Shown here: in pieces, positions 43,977 through 58,604 of the stretch
How positions within the stretch are numbered: the first letter of the stretch is position 1
Layout of the letters: each line of letters begins with the position of its first letter
Assembly: GCA_951406725.2 (NCBI GenBank)
Contig: OX597821.1
Span: 112,530,001-112,594,000 of the forward strand
DNA from: Octopus vulgaris
Taxonomy: Eukaryota
Direction of reading: 5' to 3'
DNA: 64,000 bases
Position numbers and translations under genes: made by a program
The notes under the pieces: generated by a model
The model's database searches: none
What the model saw: the letters and a program-made list of their open reading frames with translations, nothing else
Told to the model about the DNA's origin: nothing

Positions 43977-44124
43977 ATATTTTTTAAATGTCTTACTTTG
44001 AAAAATTGCATTCGGTGGGATAAGTAATATTTTTGGTAGAAATGACTAATTGTCCCTCTTAGCGTTTGGCATGTATGTATAATGCCTTCTGGCATGTATG
44101 TATAATGCCCTCTATATATAAATT

Positions 44125-44163
<39 letters not shown>

Positions 44164-44304
44164 GTATATATATATATGTATGTATATGTATGTATGTATG
44201 TATATGTGTATGTATGTATGTATGTATGCATGTATGTATGTATGCATGTATGTATGTGTATATGTATGTATGTATGTGTGTATGTATGTATATATGTATG
44301 TATG

Positions 44305-44338
<34 letters not shown>

Positions 44339-44590
44339 TGTATGCATGCATGCATGTATGTATGTGTGTATATATGTATGTATGTATATATGTGTGTATG
44401 TATGTATGTATGTATGCATGTATGTATGTGTGTATGTATGTATATATGTATGTATGCATGTATGTATGTGTGTACGTATGTATGTATATATGTGTGTATG
44501 TATGTATGTATGTATATATATATGTATATATGTATGTATGTATGTGTGTATGTATGTACGTATGTATGTATGTATGTATGTATTTATGTG
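44125..44590. repeat. (TA)n/(TATG)n microsatellite
   Basis: Read directly. Confidence 0.95.
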
Positions 44591-44591
44591 T

Positions 44592-44915
44592 GGAGGCGCA
44601 ATGGCCCAGTGGTTAGGGCAATGGACTCGCGGTTGTAGGATCGCGGTTTCGATTTCCGGACCGAGCCTTGTCAATGTTTATTCAGCAAAAACACTTGAAG
44701 CTCCACGAAGTTCCGGCAGGGGGTGGTATTTCAAAGGGCCAGCCTTGTTACACTCTGTGTCACGCTGAATATCCGCGAGAACTATGCTGAGGGTACTCGT
44801 GTCTGTGGAGTGCTCAGCCACTTGCACGTTAATAAATGAGGTTAATAAATGAACAAGCAGGCTGTTCCAGTGATCTGATCGACTGGAACACTCCTCGTCG
44901 TAAGTGACGGAAGGC
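44592..44915 (+). mobile_element. SINE family C with tRNA(Arg)-like head, internally deleted
   Basis: TGGCCCAGTGGTTAGGGC (A box) ... GGTTTCGATTTCC (B box), then the family C tail. Confidence 0.88.
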
Positions 44916-45021
44916 CGGGCAACGATGGCAACAGTGTCTTCATTCAGACTTAACCCCTTTCCTTCAAGAAATACAGTTGTACCAACTGCGTGGTTTCGAT
45001 TTCACTTCAGTATGTTGTTAA

Positions 45022-45416
45022 CCCTTTTCTACTAGAGGCATAAGGCCTGAAATCTGGAGGAGGGGACTAGTCGATTACATCGACCCCAGTGCGCAACTGG
45101 TACTTAATTTATCGACCCCGAAAGATGAAAGGTAAAGTCGACCTCGGCAGAATTTGAACTCACTTCAGCATGTCGTTAATACCCATTCCTTTCCTGCCCA
45201 CAAGGGGCTAAACACAGAGGGGACAAACAAGGATAGACAAACAGATTAAGTCGATTATATCGACCCCAGTGCGTAGCTGGTACTTATTTAATCGATACCG
45301 AAAGGATGAAAGGCAAAGTCGACCTCGGCGGAATTTGAACTCAGAACGTAACGGCAGACGAAATACCACAAAGCATTTCTCCCGGCATGCTAACATTTCT
45401 GCCAGTTCGCCGCCTT
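45022..45416 (-). mobile_element. Two adjacent SINE family B insertions with overlapping TSDs
   Basis: Fragment 45022-45160 is flanked by TCACTTCAGYATGTYGTTAA. Full copy 45185-45416 is flanked by ATGTCGTTAATACC (45170-45183, 45417-45430). Confidence 0.88.
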
Positions 45417-46154
45417 ATGTCGTTAATACCATTAAGCAAAACATGAACATCACTGCATCACATCATCGTATATACATAACCAAAGAGTAAAATGCTGACA
45501 GACCCATTCTAATAGAAAAAAAAACCCTCACTAACCTTACACTTTCGATATCAATATTGTTAAACAATGAATGAACGCCACAACATTACATTAATTCTGA
45601 AATTAATAAAATAAATTACATTACTGTTTACGTATCGTCAAAAAGAAAATAATAGTAACAACCTCTTCATTGAAACCACACAAAATCAATTTGGACAGAC
45701 CTTAATAATATCAAGCCAAGCATGAACGTCACAGCGTGGCCTAACCACTGAAATCAATTAAATTAATTACGTCATTGATTATGTAGAGTCAGATTACTAT
45801 GTATAGAGAAATGTGCATGATTATGTATAGCGAAAAATATATATAATAACAGGAAATAGCGACTTTGAAGATTTCGTTTAATTTGTCTCGTTTGTGGTGA
45901 AATGTGTGATGTTTATTCCTCTATTATGTTTGTTGTTACAAAAGATCGATATCAACAAACATAATAATTTTTGATGTGCAGGCTACGTTGCTAAGATTTT
46001 CGCTTTGTAACAAAGCAGTACTAGGACCAAAGTACGACAACCTGGCAAAATATTTTCGGGTAAGTATGCTCTTGATTTGACCAGTTCCTCCTAAACTTAA
46101 TTTTTGTTATGATAAAACAGTTCAGAACCTCATGGTATATCTATGTATGGATAT

Positions 46155-46352
46155 TCTTTTATTTGTTTCCGTCATTTGAGTACGATCATGATGGAGCACA
46201 GCCTTTCGTCGAACAAATCGACACCAAGACTTATCCTTTGTAAAGCCTAGTACTTATTCTATCGGTCTCTCTTGCCGAACCGCTACGTGGCGGGAACGAT
46301 GACACCAACATCGGTTGTCAAGCGATGTTGGGGTGACAAACACAGATACACA

Positions 46353-46420
<68 letters not shown>

Positions 46421-46452
46421 CATACATATATATATATATATGAAAGTCCGTC

Positions 46453-46488
<36 letters not shown>

Positions 46489-46648
46489 GACGGACTTCTT
46501 TCAGTTTCCGCCTACCAAATCCACTCACAAGGCTTTGGTCGGCCCGAGTCTATAGTAGAAGACACTTGCCCAAGGTGCCACGCTGTGAGACTGAACCCAG
46601 AACCACGTGGTTGGCAAGCAAGCTACTTACTACACAGCCCACTCCTGT
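46155..46648 (-). mobile_element. SINE family A, full length
   Basis: Reverse match to 16030-16535. Confidence 0.9.
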
Positions 46649-46759
46649 ATGTTTGTACTCTTTCTCTTTTTAATTAAGAGTAAATTTTGACCAGCCATCG
46701 ACTTTGTAGCTAGGTTGTGAGGAGAATTATTTTGTTTTAACCAACATCCTTTAAATCAT

Positions 46760-46878
46760 AAGAAGGTTTTGCAGGTTTTTGTAGCCTCAGATATCCTGAT
46801 CATTTTTAGCTTATGAATTAAGGATTTGTATTCTCTCCCCAGGATCCCAATTTCAGTCATATTTTGCTCCAGACGCGA
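46760..46878 (-). pseudogene. R4/Dong-like LINE C-terminal fragment next to (TATG)n
   Basis: LEQNMTEIGILGREYKSLIHKLKMIRISEATKTCKTFL*F. Confidence 0.5.
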
Positions 46879-46891
46879 ATGTATGTATGTA

Positions 46892-47063
46892 TAGCCACTA
46901 CACACATTTTTTTCTCTCCTTGTTTTTTCTGTGTCTCTTTCTGTAGAAGAGCGTAGGCTCGAAACGTAAAAGACTTTTTCTATTCCTGAGCGTTATACTA
47001 ATACATCTGTTTGTTTTGTACACCACCTGTCTTCATCTTTTGTTTTTTTCGTAAACTCTCCCT
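46892..47063 (+). mobile_element. Penelope-like pseudo-LTR fragment between (TATG)n tracts
   Basis: Homologous to 42175-42352 and to 9934-10110 (inverted). Confidence 0.85.
46936..46973 (+). ncRNA. Minimal type I hammerhead ribozyme, U6 core variant
   Basis: TCTTT-CTGTAGA-A-GAGC(GTAG)GCTC-GAAA-CG-TA-AAAGA. Confidence 0.7.
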
Positions 47064-47499
47064 GTATGTATGTATGTATGTATGTATGTATGTATGTATG
47101 TATGTATGTATGTATGTGAGTATGCGTTATGAGAACTTTATTGTGGATGAAAGGAAGTCTTTAGCTTTTTTTTATATCAAAATATGCTTAAAACGAACGA
47201 TATATTCCTACTGAAATATAAAGGAAAATAAATTCATATTTTATGATATCAGTTCAAGAAGTCAAATATTTTTCTTCTAAAAATCACATGGTACTGGTAT
47301 TTCGTTTCCTTCTAATTGCTACTGGGTCGTGGGCGCAATAACAATAGTAGGAGAGACTTTCAATAGTTGCTTTAGCTGAAGTAGCTTTTGGTAGTAGCAA
47401 CACGAATGTCAGTTATTTTTTGTTAGCCTAACTAGTCGTAGTAGTTGTGGAAAGTTTAACAATGTTTTCTGTAGGGTTGGTGGTTCATGTTTTCTTTCC

Positions 47500-48500
47500 G
47501 CTGCCACAAGTAGTTAAACTTGGTTGGTATTTGTTGATGTAGGTTGTTTCTTCGTTGATGCGTTGATGCTAAAGTGTATAATTGCTAAATTGATATAAAA
47601 TGGAATAATTGTAAAATTTATTTGTTTGTTTCCTGCACAAGTATCTACATGTCACAAAGTCATATTTGTGTGTATCGCCGAATTTTAATTTGAGATCTAC
47701 GCAAATGTGTTGTCTTAAGGAGCTTCTGGATTGTGCTATGTAATTTTTTCCCACATTCTAAACATGTGTTTGCACAGATTAGGTTTTCAGACGCACAGAT
47801 TAAGTTATATTTTACTGTAAAATGTTCTCCGTGTTTGAAAATGCAGCTTTGATACTTGTGTCAGATTAAAACATATAACAGTAGACTTTCTGCATTTTCT
47901 TTTCCTGTTGATATTTGTTATTATTGTATGAATTTTTGCCTGTTAGTATTTTAAAATTGATTTGGATTGTCTTTTGTTCTTTATGATGTATTTAGGGGAT
48001 TTGGTTCAAACTGAGTTCCTTTTACAGTGACAAAATGTATTGCACTACGATGTTGTAGGCCTTATTGCCTGGGGGATTGTAGATGGAGGACTTGAAGTTG
48101 TTTGGGGGGGGGGGGTTGTTTGGGGGGGGGGGTTGTAGGCGGAGGACATGCAATTCCAATACAATTCTTTGTTTTGTTTCTCTTAGTTTTTGGATATTGA
48201 ATTTCTTGGCTCGTTGTATTATCGAATAAGGATGGTCGTAATTCCTGTCAAAGAGTGCATTCTTAAGTTCTTGGAGTTTTACATCACGTATATTTATATC
48301 GGATACTATTGTGCAAATCCTTTTGGTTAGATTATAAGTAACATTCATTCCGGTGTGCCTCGCATGACCTGAATTAAATGGCAAACATTGCTTGGCGTCT
48401 GTAGATTTATTCTAAATGCCCGTCTCTGTTTAGTTGAGACGGGAATTCTTTGTAAGGATGTCTAAAAATGGGAGTTGGATATGGCCATATTTAATGGTTA
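47500..48500 (-). pseudogene. Decayed Penelope-like element ORF (RT C-terminus, linker and GIY-YIG)
   Basis: QLPFLDIL..KSTDAKQCLPFNSGHARHTGMNVTYNLTKRICTIVSD..LQELK..RNY, then CASENLI..TCLECG/KNYIAQSRSSLRQH, matching Penelope FLD, HP and YIG regions; many stops and frameshifts. Confidence 0.85.
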
Positions 48501-49029
48501 TTTGTCATCGTCATTAACTCATATCCGGGTCGTTAATCTATAGCGAGTGATTGGCCCTCTTCACCCGCATGTGTGCGAAGGGTGAAAGTGCCTGAAGTGG
48601 CTATTGAGTCATAAGGTGGTGGAGAAAAGCCGGGGGCATTTATCACAGAGGAGGACTGGTGGGGGACGAGGAAATGCGTATTCCATTGAGAAATGTTGTC
48701 TCTCTCCTTTCGAACTGATACTAGAAGACATTTGCTTAAGGTGCCGCAAAGTAGGACTGAACCCGAAAGCATGTGGTTGTAAAACGAGCTTCTTAACAAC
48801 ATAGCGAAATAATTCCCAATTAGAACGAACAATTTTCCACTTACAATTGCCACCCCTTAAGGGAGGGGAGAGATAATTTCAAGAGATTATATATTCATTT
48901 CACAAAATTAATATACGTACCCAAGTTTAATTAAGAAACGAAAAACAAGCAAACAATTTGTCGTAAAAAAACACAGCAATAAAACAAAACAAAAAAACGG
49001 AACAAATAAGTGTTTATAGATTTTGCAGA

Positions 49030-50105
<1,076 letters not shown>

Positions 50106-50700
50106 CAATGATTATTCTAAAAATAAAGAAATAAAATAAAGGTAAAAAAGACCAACTTGCGTATTTCCCTATCAGTTTCACTATCTTTAAATATCAGAAA
50201 AATCTAAATTCTGTTAAAAATTCCAGTTATTTCAAGATTTTGCCGAATCAACTTAAACAGAACAGCAGAACAATGATAATGGCAACTAACCCTCCATCCC
50301 TCCATCCCTCCATCACCCCCGCCTTCCCCACCCACTCACACATGCGTTCCTTTACTTACACAACAATATTAAACTGACAGTTTCCTCCTCCCTTACAGTC
50401 TCATCAACGATTTAGTAAAAGGCAATGAAACTAAATAGACGTTCAGGGGGAAATTTGATTATTGTAATAATGTTTTTTTTTAGTTGATGTTATTGTGAGT
50501 GTTTTTTTTGTTTTTCTGAAGAAAATATATGTAAATATGTATGCAGTGTGCATATGATTGTGTGTGTATGTGTGTGTGTGTGTGCGTGCGCGTGTGTGGC
50601 TGTGTGTGTCTCTGTGTCTGTGTGTGTATTATGTGTGCGTATTTATATATATATATATATACATAGTCTATAGATGTATAGATGTATGTGTGCGTGTATT

Positions 50701-50733
<33 letters not shown>

Positions 50734-50893
50734 ATATATATGTATGTATATATATGTATATTTGTATGTACAAATATGTATATTAAGGTATATATATATA
50801 TGTGTGTATGTGTCTGTGTTTCTGTATATTTGTACATATATATATATTTATATATATGCACATGTAAATAATAACAACAACAACAACAACGAC

Positions 50894-50933
<40 letters not shown>

Positions 50934-50938
50934 GTAAC

Positions 50939-51014
<76 letters not shown>

Positions 51015-52039
51015 GTAGTAGTAGTAATAATAATAATAATAGTAATAATAATAATGATAATAATAATAATAGTACGCATGTATGTATTATCCCATTCTTC
51101 AGCAATGTTTTAATCTTGAACACGGATCGAAGTCTCTGCAATATTAAAGCATGTAAGATGAGTCGAATTTATCGTCAATATTGGCAGCGGAATTGGTCAG
51201 GCTGACCCACAAGACAATGTTAGCTTGATCCACAGATTGTTGGGCTATAGAAACGCATATACATACAAAACATAATGGGCCTTTTGTCGCTTCGACCAAT
51301 GAGGGCTCAACAAGATACAGCAGCACAGTGAAGGTCGGTGAGAAATGACCATCATCCTATGGCCGTCTGTGTACTGGGTGAGAGGTGAAGACTTCCAGTA
51401 ACATCGCCTTCCTTTCTCCTGCTGCCTCTTTCCCTAATTGTCAGCCACTGAACGCGTGGAGAATGTGTGATGGTGTTGGTGCTGGTATTTTAGTTTGCTG
51501 CATAACCTGTACGATTAATATTATAATAGTTAGCATGGATTATGCAGAGCTTGTTGCACTCTCAACTAATGCAACAAGTGGTGGCTATCAGGATGCAAGA
51601 TTTGCATGAAGTTGAGCAGCTAAAGATCTGAAGGGTTTCGTCTACCCTGGTCTGTTGACAAGTCTGTGAGTGACCTTCTTCAGGAGGTAATTCCAGGATG
51701 TGAAAGTTAACTCGTAGTTAGAACACCGGCAGGTGCTGGTAGTCCGGGTCAGTGTAAACCTGGAAATAATAGTGACTAAGGGGTGGTTCCACATCTTCGA
51801 AACCATAGAGCTCCATAAACCGGGTCCCCTTACTGGATGTAGTACAAATTACACCCAAGACAAATCATACCCAAGGCATACACACAGAGACATACATATA
51901 TGCACGCATATAGAGTAGAGTTCAGCCAGACGTCACCTGAAGGAAGTATGACATAATAACACGTACCGTGTTTTCGTTACTCGTTTAGGTGCCCGTATAG
52001 TCGCTGGAAGACTTAAACATCCCCCCAGCTGTTTCATCC

Positions 52040-52266
52040 TAGGCTCAGTAGATGATCCATGAAGTGAGAGCTGGAGAGAGAGAGAGAGAGGTTTGCGCCA
52101 GAAACCGGTTGAAGTAGATCTCATTACTACTGAGACACCTGGAGCGACTTGGAACCAAGGACTTTCTTTATTCAAGAAAATAAAGTGTTGCCCAGACTGA
52201 GAATTGAATTTACGACCTCATGGTCGCGTGTTAGGACCCAAACCACTATGCCACGCACCTCCACAC
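52040..52266 (-). mobile_element. Degenerate tRNA-derived SINE related to the family C head
   Basis: Minus strand TGTGGAGGTGCGTGGCATAGTGGTT..AATTCAATTCTCAG resembles 44588-44660. Confidence 0.6.
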
Positions 52267-52319
52267 TCAAATATATACACATACGAGCGCTTGTTTATTA
52301 TCAATAACCCACATAAACA

Positions 52320-53140
52320 TAGACACATAGAGACACATATACACACACACACATACACGCATGCACGCATACATATGTGCCCTCCCAGACATACACACAC
52401 ATTCGATGGATACACACATATTCAGAGACACACCGACGCATGCACAAACACACACATGTACACATACACGCATGCAGGTACACGTACATGTGTGCATCCT
52501 CGCACAGAACGATATTAAGACATACAAACATTAACGGTGAACATACATATATTCTCAAAGACACTAATGCACACATTCTTATACACACACACACATACAC
52601 TCACTCACGCACACATACACACACACATGCACGCACGCACACACACGCGCACGCACACACACACACACACACAAGCATACTCATACACATGCGCACACAC
52701 AAATATACACACGCACAAACTCACACGCACACGCACACACACGCGCATGCATACACACATACACATACAAATTCACACACACACATAATACATACACGTA
52801 CAAACTCTCACACACACATGCACACACACACTCACACACTCACAAACACACACACGAGCATACACACACACGCACAAACGTTCACACACACATACATACA
52901 CACACGCACAACTCACACACACACACACGCATACATACATACACACACGCACACACTCACACACATACATACACACATACACACTCGCACAAACTCACGC
53001 ACACACACGCATACATACACACGCACAAACTATATCACACACATACATACACACACACGCGCACAAACTCACACACGAATGCATACACACACACATACAT
53101 ACACACAGACACAAACAGACACACACACAGATACGTGTAT
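52320..53140. repeat. Degenerate (CA)n tract
   Basis: Read directly. Confidence 0.95.
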
Positions 53141-54193
53141 ATACACTTTATCTGCTGTCTGATATTCTTGCAACATTGTTTAGTTCCCCGACTGCCTTTG
53201 TTTAATTAAAGAGGCGAATAACTTGAAATCTTTGAACAAATTTATCGCAGATATTCTACAATATAGCAAAAATCTAGCGCAGATTCAGTAACAGTTTGGA
53301 GTAGAAGAAGGCAGCCATAAGTGGTTCCTGGAGAACTGAGTTGTCTTTGATGTTTTTCATTTGGCGAAGAGCATTAATTCATCGGCTGTAACATTCGGCC
53401 GGAAGTAAGAACATTTAAGATAAGGCAATTAGCCAAGCTTTAATATAGCCTCGATTTAAAAACGTATCAATTGATAACTCAAGAAGAAAAAAAGAAAAGA
53501 GGAAAGAAAGTAAAAAGGAAAGGAGGAAAAACGAATAGGGAAAGAATTTACAGTAAATTATTCCAGTAGTTTGCGATCTGGATGATAACGACAATGGCGG
53601 CGGATAAATTCTGGCCAGTAGTTGGGTGTTTTTTTTTGTGTGTGTTTGTGTCTGTGTGCGGTTATCTCCATAGTTTTATACTTCATAATAAAGAAGAGTC
53701 ATGCAAAGCGACTAATAAATCAATCCTTGAAGTGTTATGCACCACTAACTACTTCGAGTTTTGCTGAAGTGAACACGACCAAGAAAAAGAAAAACCACAT
53801 TGCGTAATAAACCATTGATTTGGTAATATCTAAACTTCTTTTGGCTGTGTTGTGGAGCGTAGGATCAACGAAATAACAAATAGTCGCCATTTTGGAAAAT
53901 TTTAGTGGTATAAAGATTTAATCAGCGACTAAAGTCCACTAAGTTGTTTAAATATCATTTATGTTTTTGATTTCTGCTTTTTGGTGTCTATTTTGACAAT
54001 TCTTTATGTGAGACTATTTAAAGATAACTCCATAAGGTGACACATTTGTAAGAAAATACTGCAGAAAATTTAATCAAGGGCCTACGCGTTTCTACACATC
54101 ACCGGTCTCACAATGAATAAATATATGTGGTGTCATTAAACTTGATGATAAAGTGTCTCTGCTTGTCTATCTCTTTATCTTCAGCTCTTTCTC

Positions 54194-54245
<52 letters not shown>

Positions 54246-54471
54246 TATGTGCGTGTGAGTGTGTTCGACATATATCCACAGTTGAAATAGTTACGCCCAT
54301 CATTAGCCATATATTCTCGTGACCTGCAGTGTTTCGGTTCTTACAATATACACCTTCATTCAGGCAACTCGACCAAGACCGATCGAGCCCAGCCCTGTGT
54401 TAAAGTAGAATGTACAGATTTCCACTGATCATTTCTTTTCAGCTAGAGTAGTCTGGATGCCTTTCCAGCAG

Positions 54472-54525
<54 letters not shown>

Positions 54526-54539
54526 ACCTTGCCCTCGAC

Positions 54540-54631
<92 letters not shown>

Positions 54632-54661
54632 TGTATGTATGTATGTATGTATGTATGTGTA

Positions 54662-55400
<739 letters not shown>

Positions 55401-55477
55401 TAGATTTTTTTCACTTAGTTATTTAGATCTGTTAGTGAGGAGGAGGGGAGGGATTTTCGGTTGGATGGAGACAAAGA

Positions 55478-55568
<91 letters not shown>

Positions 55569-55573
55569 GAGAC

Positions 55574-55606
<33 letters not shown>

Positions 55607-56133
55607 GACAGAGACAGATAAATACACACATATATATGAGCGTGTACGTGTATATAATTACCCACGACAAGAATATACTCTCAACTGACCACTTTAATAA
55701 AAGAAAATGGGATCCTCTCGAAAGAAAAGAAAACCTTAGACAAATTATATCAGGAAAATCAAACAAAGTAAGATACTTCGCAAGACATGAGCAGTTCTCA
55801 ATCTCCAGTTGCAGTACCCGAACCGTACACCTGCGAGTTTGGTGACATCATTGAATCTACAACAGCCTTGAATCTATGCTCTGAAACTGGTTGGTTATTT
55901 ACCAGAGTATTAGAAAGACTGATGGGAAAAGATGTATGTCTGTTTAGAGCAAAGCAACTCATGATGCTTCGGGTCGTTATACAATAAGACTAACAGCATT
56001 CCGAAGCCAACAAAATGTAATTGTCCTGTACAGGATCTGATACAACTTGTGAACTACTACAATATAACAATAGTAAGACTAGAAAAATGCTTAAAACCAA
56101 TCAACTGTTTTATGTATGAAAGGGAGAATGCAG

Positions 56134-56600
56134 GGATCTTTTCGGTTTGAACGGCAGTTTTTCTAGCGGTGTCATATGAAATTGTCACCCATAATTATGA
56201 CCCTAGTATCGATCTATTGCATTTGAATCTGTTTTAGGGTGAGGGGTTAGAGTTAGGGTTATGGGTGGGGGGAAGGGTATCTTTTTTTTCTTCACAAATG
56301 TAAATAAACCCAATCTGTTTCTTAAACGCGGGACATATTCATACGACACAGAATGTTTTCACCTCAAAAGACGTCATTGATTGGTTGAAATTGCAGAAAT
56401 TGAAGAAAAAACCCAACAAATATCTTACAAACAATAGAATTTTCTCAATAAAGCCAAGAGAAAAAGATGTTTTATAAACACATTCTAGCAGTATACGAAG
56501 TTTAAAAGTGTTTAACACATTCTAGCAGTATACGAAGTTTAAAAGTGTTTAGTTACGTGGAAATTATTTTAAAAAACTGCCGGTCAAACCGAAAAGATTC
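56134..56600. mobile_element. GGATC-ended MITE (Merlin-like) with internal telomere-like repeats
   Basis: ~28-bp TIR GGATCTTTTCGGTTTGAACGGCAGTTTT; 8-bp TSD GAATGCAG/GAACGCAG; degenerate (TTAGGG)n at ~56233-56266; 37-bp internal tandem duplication. Confidence 0.88.
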
Positions 56601-56644
56601 GAACGCAGAAAAATGGAAAGCTCTTTATCTGCTTCCCCCCTATC

Positions 56645-57418
56645 TTTCACTAGTTTCAGTTATTGAGTTATAGGACGGTGGCCATGATGGAGCCCGCTTT
56701 ATAATTTTTTTTTCTCGAGCAAATCGACCCAGGTACTTATAATTTTAAAATCTGATACTTATTTTATCGGTTTTCTTTTATCGAACTGCAAAGTTACAGG
56801 GGCTTAAACAAATCAACACCGTTTGTCAAGCAAAAGGTGAAGGGCAAACACAGGCACAAACACACACACACACACAAACACACACTCATACATACATACA
56901 TCTCTCTCTCTCCCTCTCTCTCCCCCCTCTCTCCCCCCTCTCTCTCTCTATATATATATATATGTATGTATGTATGTATGTATATATATATATATATACA
57001 CACACAGTGTATGTATGCACAGGCGTGGCTGTGTGGTAAGAAGCTTGCTTACCAACCACATGGTTCCGGGTTCAGTTCCACTGCATGGCACCTTGAGCAA
57101 GTGTCTTCTACTAAAGCCTCGGGTCGACCAAAGCCTTGTGAGTGGATTTGGTTGACTGAAACTGCAAGAAGCCCGTCGTACATATATATATATATATATA
57201 TTTGTATATGTTTGTGTGTCTGTGTTTGTCCGCCCACCACCATCACTTGAAAACCTATGTTGGTGTATTTACGTCCCCGTAACTTAGTGGTTCGCCAAAA
57301 GAGACCGATAGAATAAGTACTAGGCTTACAAAGAATAAGTCCTGGGGTCGATTAATTCAACTAAAGGCAGTGCTCCAGTATGGCCACAGCCAAATGACTG
57401 AAACAAGTGAAAGAATAA

Positions 57419-57420
<2 letters not shown>
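56645..57420. mobile_element. SINE family A: 3' half on minus (56645-56880) and full copy on plus (57018-57420)
   Basis: Match to 16030-16535. Confidence 0.88.
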
Positions 57421-57454
<34 letters not shown>

Positions 57455-57463
<9 letters not shown>

Positions 57464-57937
57464 AATAAAAGGCAGATTTTATCTGCCTCCCTTTGTCAGT
57501 TATAGAAATCTACAATATAGGATTTCTTCAATTACAATTTACCTAGCATTTTTAAGAGTAGAATGCATCGGGTCATGCCAGGTCCAGTTTTTAAAATTTA
57601 AACTCCAATTAAGCAAAATTTACAGAAAACTCACATTCTGGTGTGTATGTCAAATGCTTTTCTTAATGTGGTTTACACCACACGCACACGCACACACACA
57701 GTGTGCAACGAATAAAATGAAAGTAATTCACTGTGTGTGTGTTGACAGGTAGACAATAGAATGCGATGGCGATGGCGATGGCGATGTAATATTTGTTTCT
57801 GTCTATCACGCTGATAGATACATGAGTAAAATGTATGGCAAGCTAAGAGATAAGAGTGAGTGAAAATGTTCTTGGAAGAGAGTAAATAGCGAGAGTGATT
57901 TGAGGAAGACTTTACATTAAATAACCGTAGTGGCTTG

Positions 57938-57938
<1 letters not shown>
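57455..57938 (+). mobile_element. (TA)n-flanked repeat fragment, possibly a Helitron 5' part
   Basis: Begins ATAAAAGGCAGATTTTATCTGCCT (hairpin) after (TA)n; no CTAG 3' end seen. Confidence 0.3.
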
Positions 57939-57966
<28 letters not shown>

Positions 57967-57969
<3 letters not shown>

Positions 57970-58235
57970 CATAAGACAGTAAGGTGTGATTTGAGGGAGA
58001 TTTGGCTGCTATTTCTACCATGTCTAGCTGCCATGTAGGGGTCTCCCTCATAGGCTCATACATACATATATACATAGATAAGACAGTAAGGTGTGATTTG
58101 GGGAAAATTTGGCTGCTATTTCTACCAGGTCTAGCTACCATGTAGAGGTCCCCCTCATTGGTTCATATATATATACATACATAAGACAGTAAGGTGTGAT
58201 TTGAGGGAGATTTGGCTGCTGTTTCTACCAGGTCT
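57967..58235. repeat. ~105-bp tandem repeat, 2.5 copies
   Basis: ATAAGACAGTAAGGTGTGATTTG at 57971, 58078 and 58181. Confidence 0.92.
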
Positions 58236-58557
58236 GTTAGGCCTTCTCATGTAAACTCAAGCCTTCTCATGCCTTGAACATAAGACCAAAGCAGAGAATG
58301 TATTCTTTTATTCTTCTGCTTTTTCCAGCCATTGGTCTGTGGCCATGCTGGGGCAATGCCTTGAAGAATTGTAGTTTAATGAATCAACTCCAGTTTTATT
58401 TTTGTAAGCATTGTACTTATTCTATCTGTTTCCTTTGTCAAACCACTAGGTGACAGGGATGTAAACAAACCAACATTCGTTGTCAAGCATTGGTGGAGGA
58501 CAATCACAAGCACAGACACGCACACACACACACACATACATGCATACACATATACAC

Positions 58558-58588
<31 letters not shown>

Positions 58589-58604
58589 TGTGTGTATATA
58601 TATA

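Larger units (their letters stand above)
42381..44124. mobile_element. Retrozyme-like / Penelope-derived ~480-bp tandem repeat in inverted arrangement (1.4 units minus, 2.2 units plus), flanked by (TA)n
   Basis: AGCAATTAAGGACAAC recurs at 42381 and 42861 (period 480); right-arm period 483; inversion junction 43041-43051; no credible ORF; one hammerhead per full unit. Confidence 0.9.

Noticed and set aside
44592-44665. tRNA-like sequence
   Set aside because: A/B boxes are present but it continues into the SINE C body; it is a SINE head, not a tRNA gene. The same applies to family A and B heads.
51625-51690. CTGAAGA..GACGAAAC motif on the minus strand; similar partial motif at 12400-12445
   Set aside because: No convincing stems I and III.
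55640-56100. Possible decayed LINE ORF (also 31810-32620, 51090-51850, 16740-17340)
   Set aside because: Composition suggests old TE coding sequence, but no motif could be identified with confidence.
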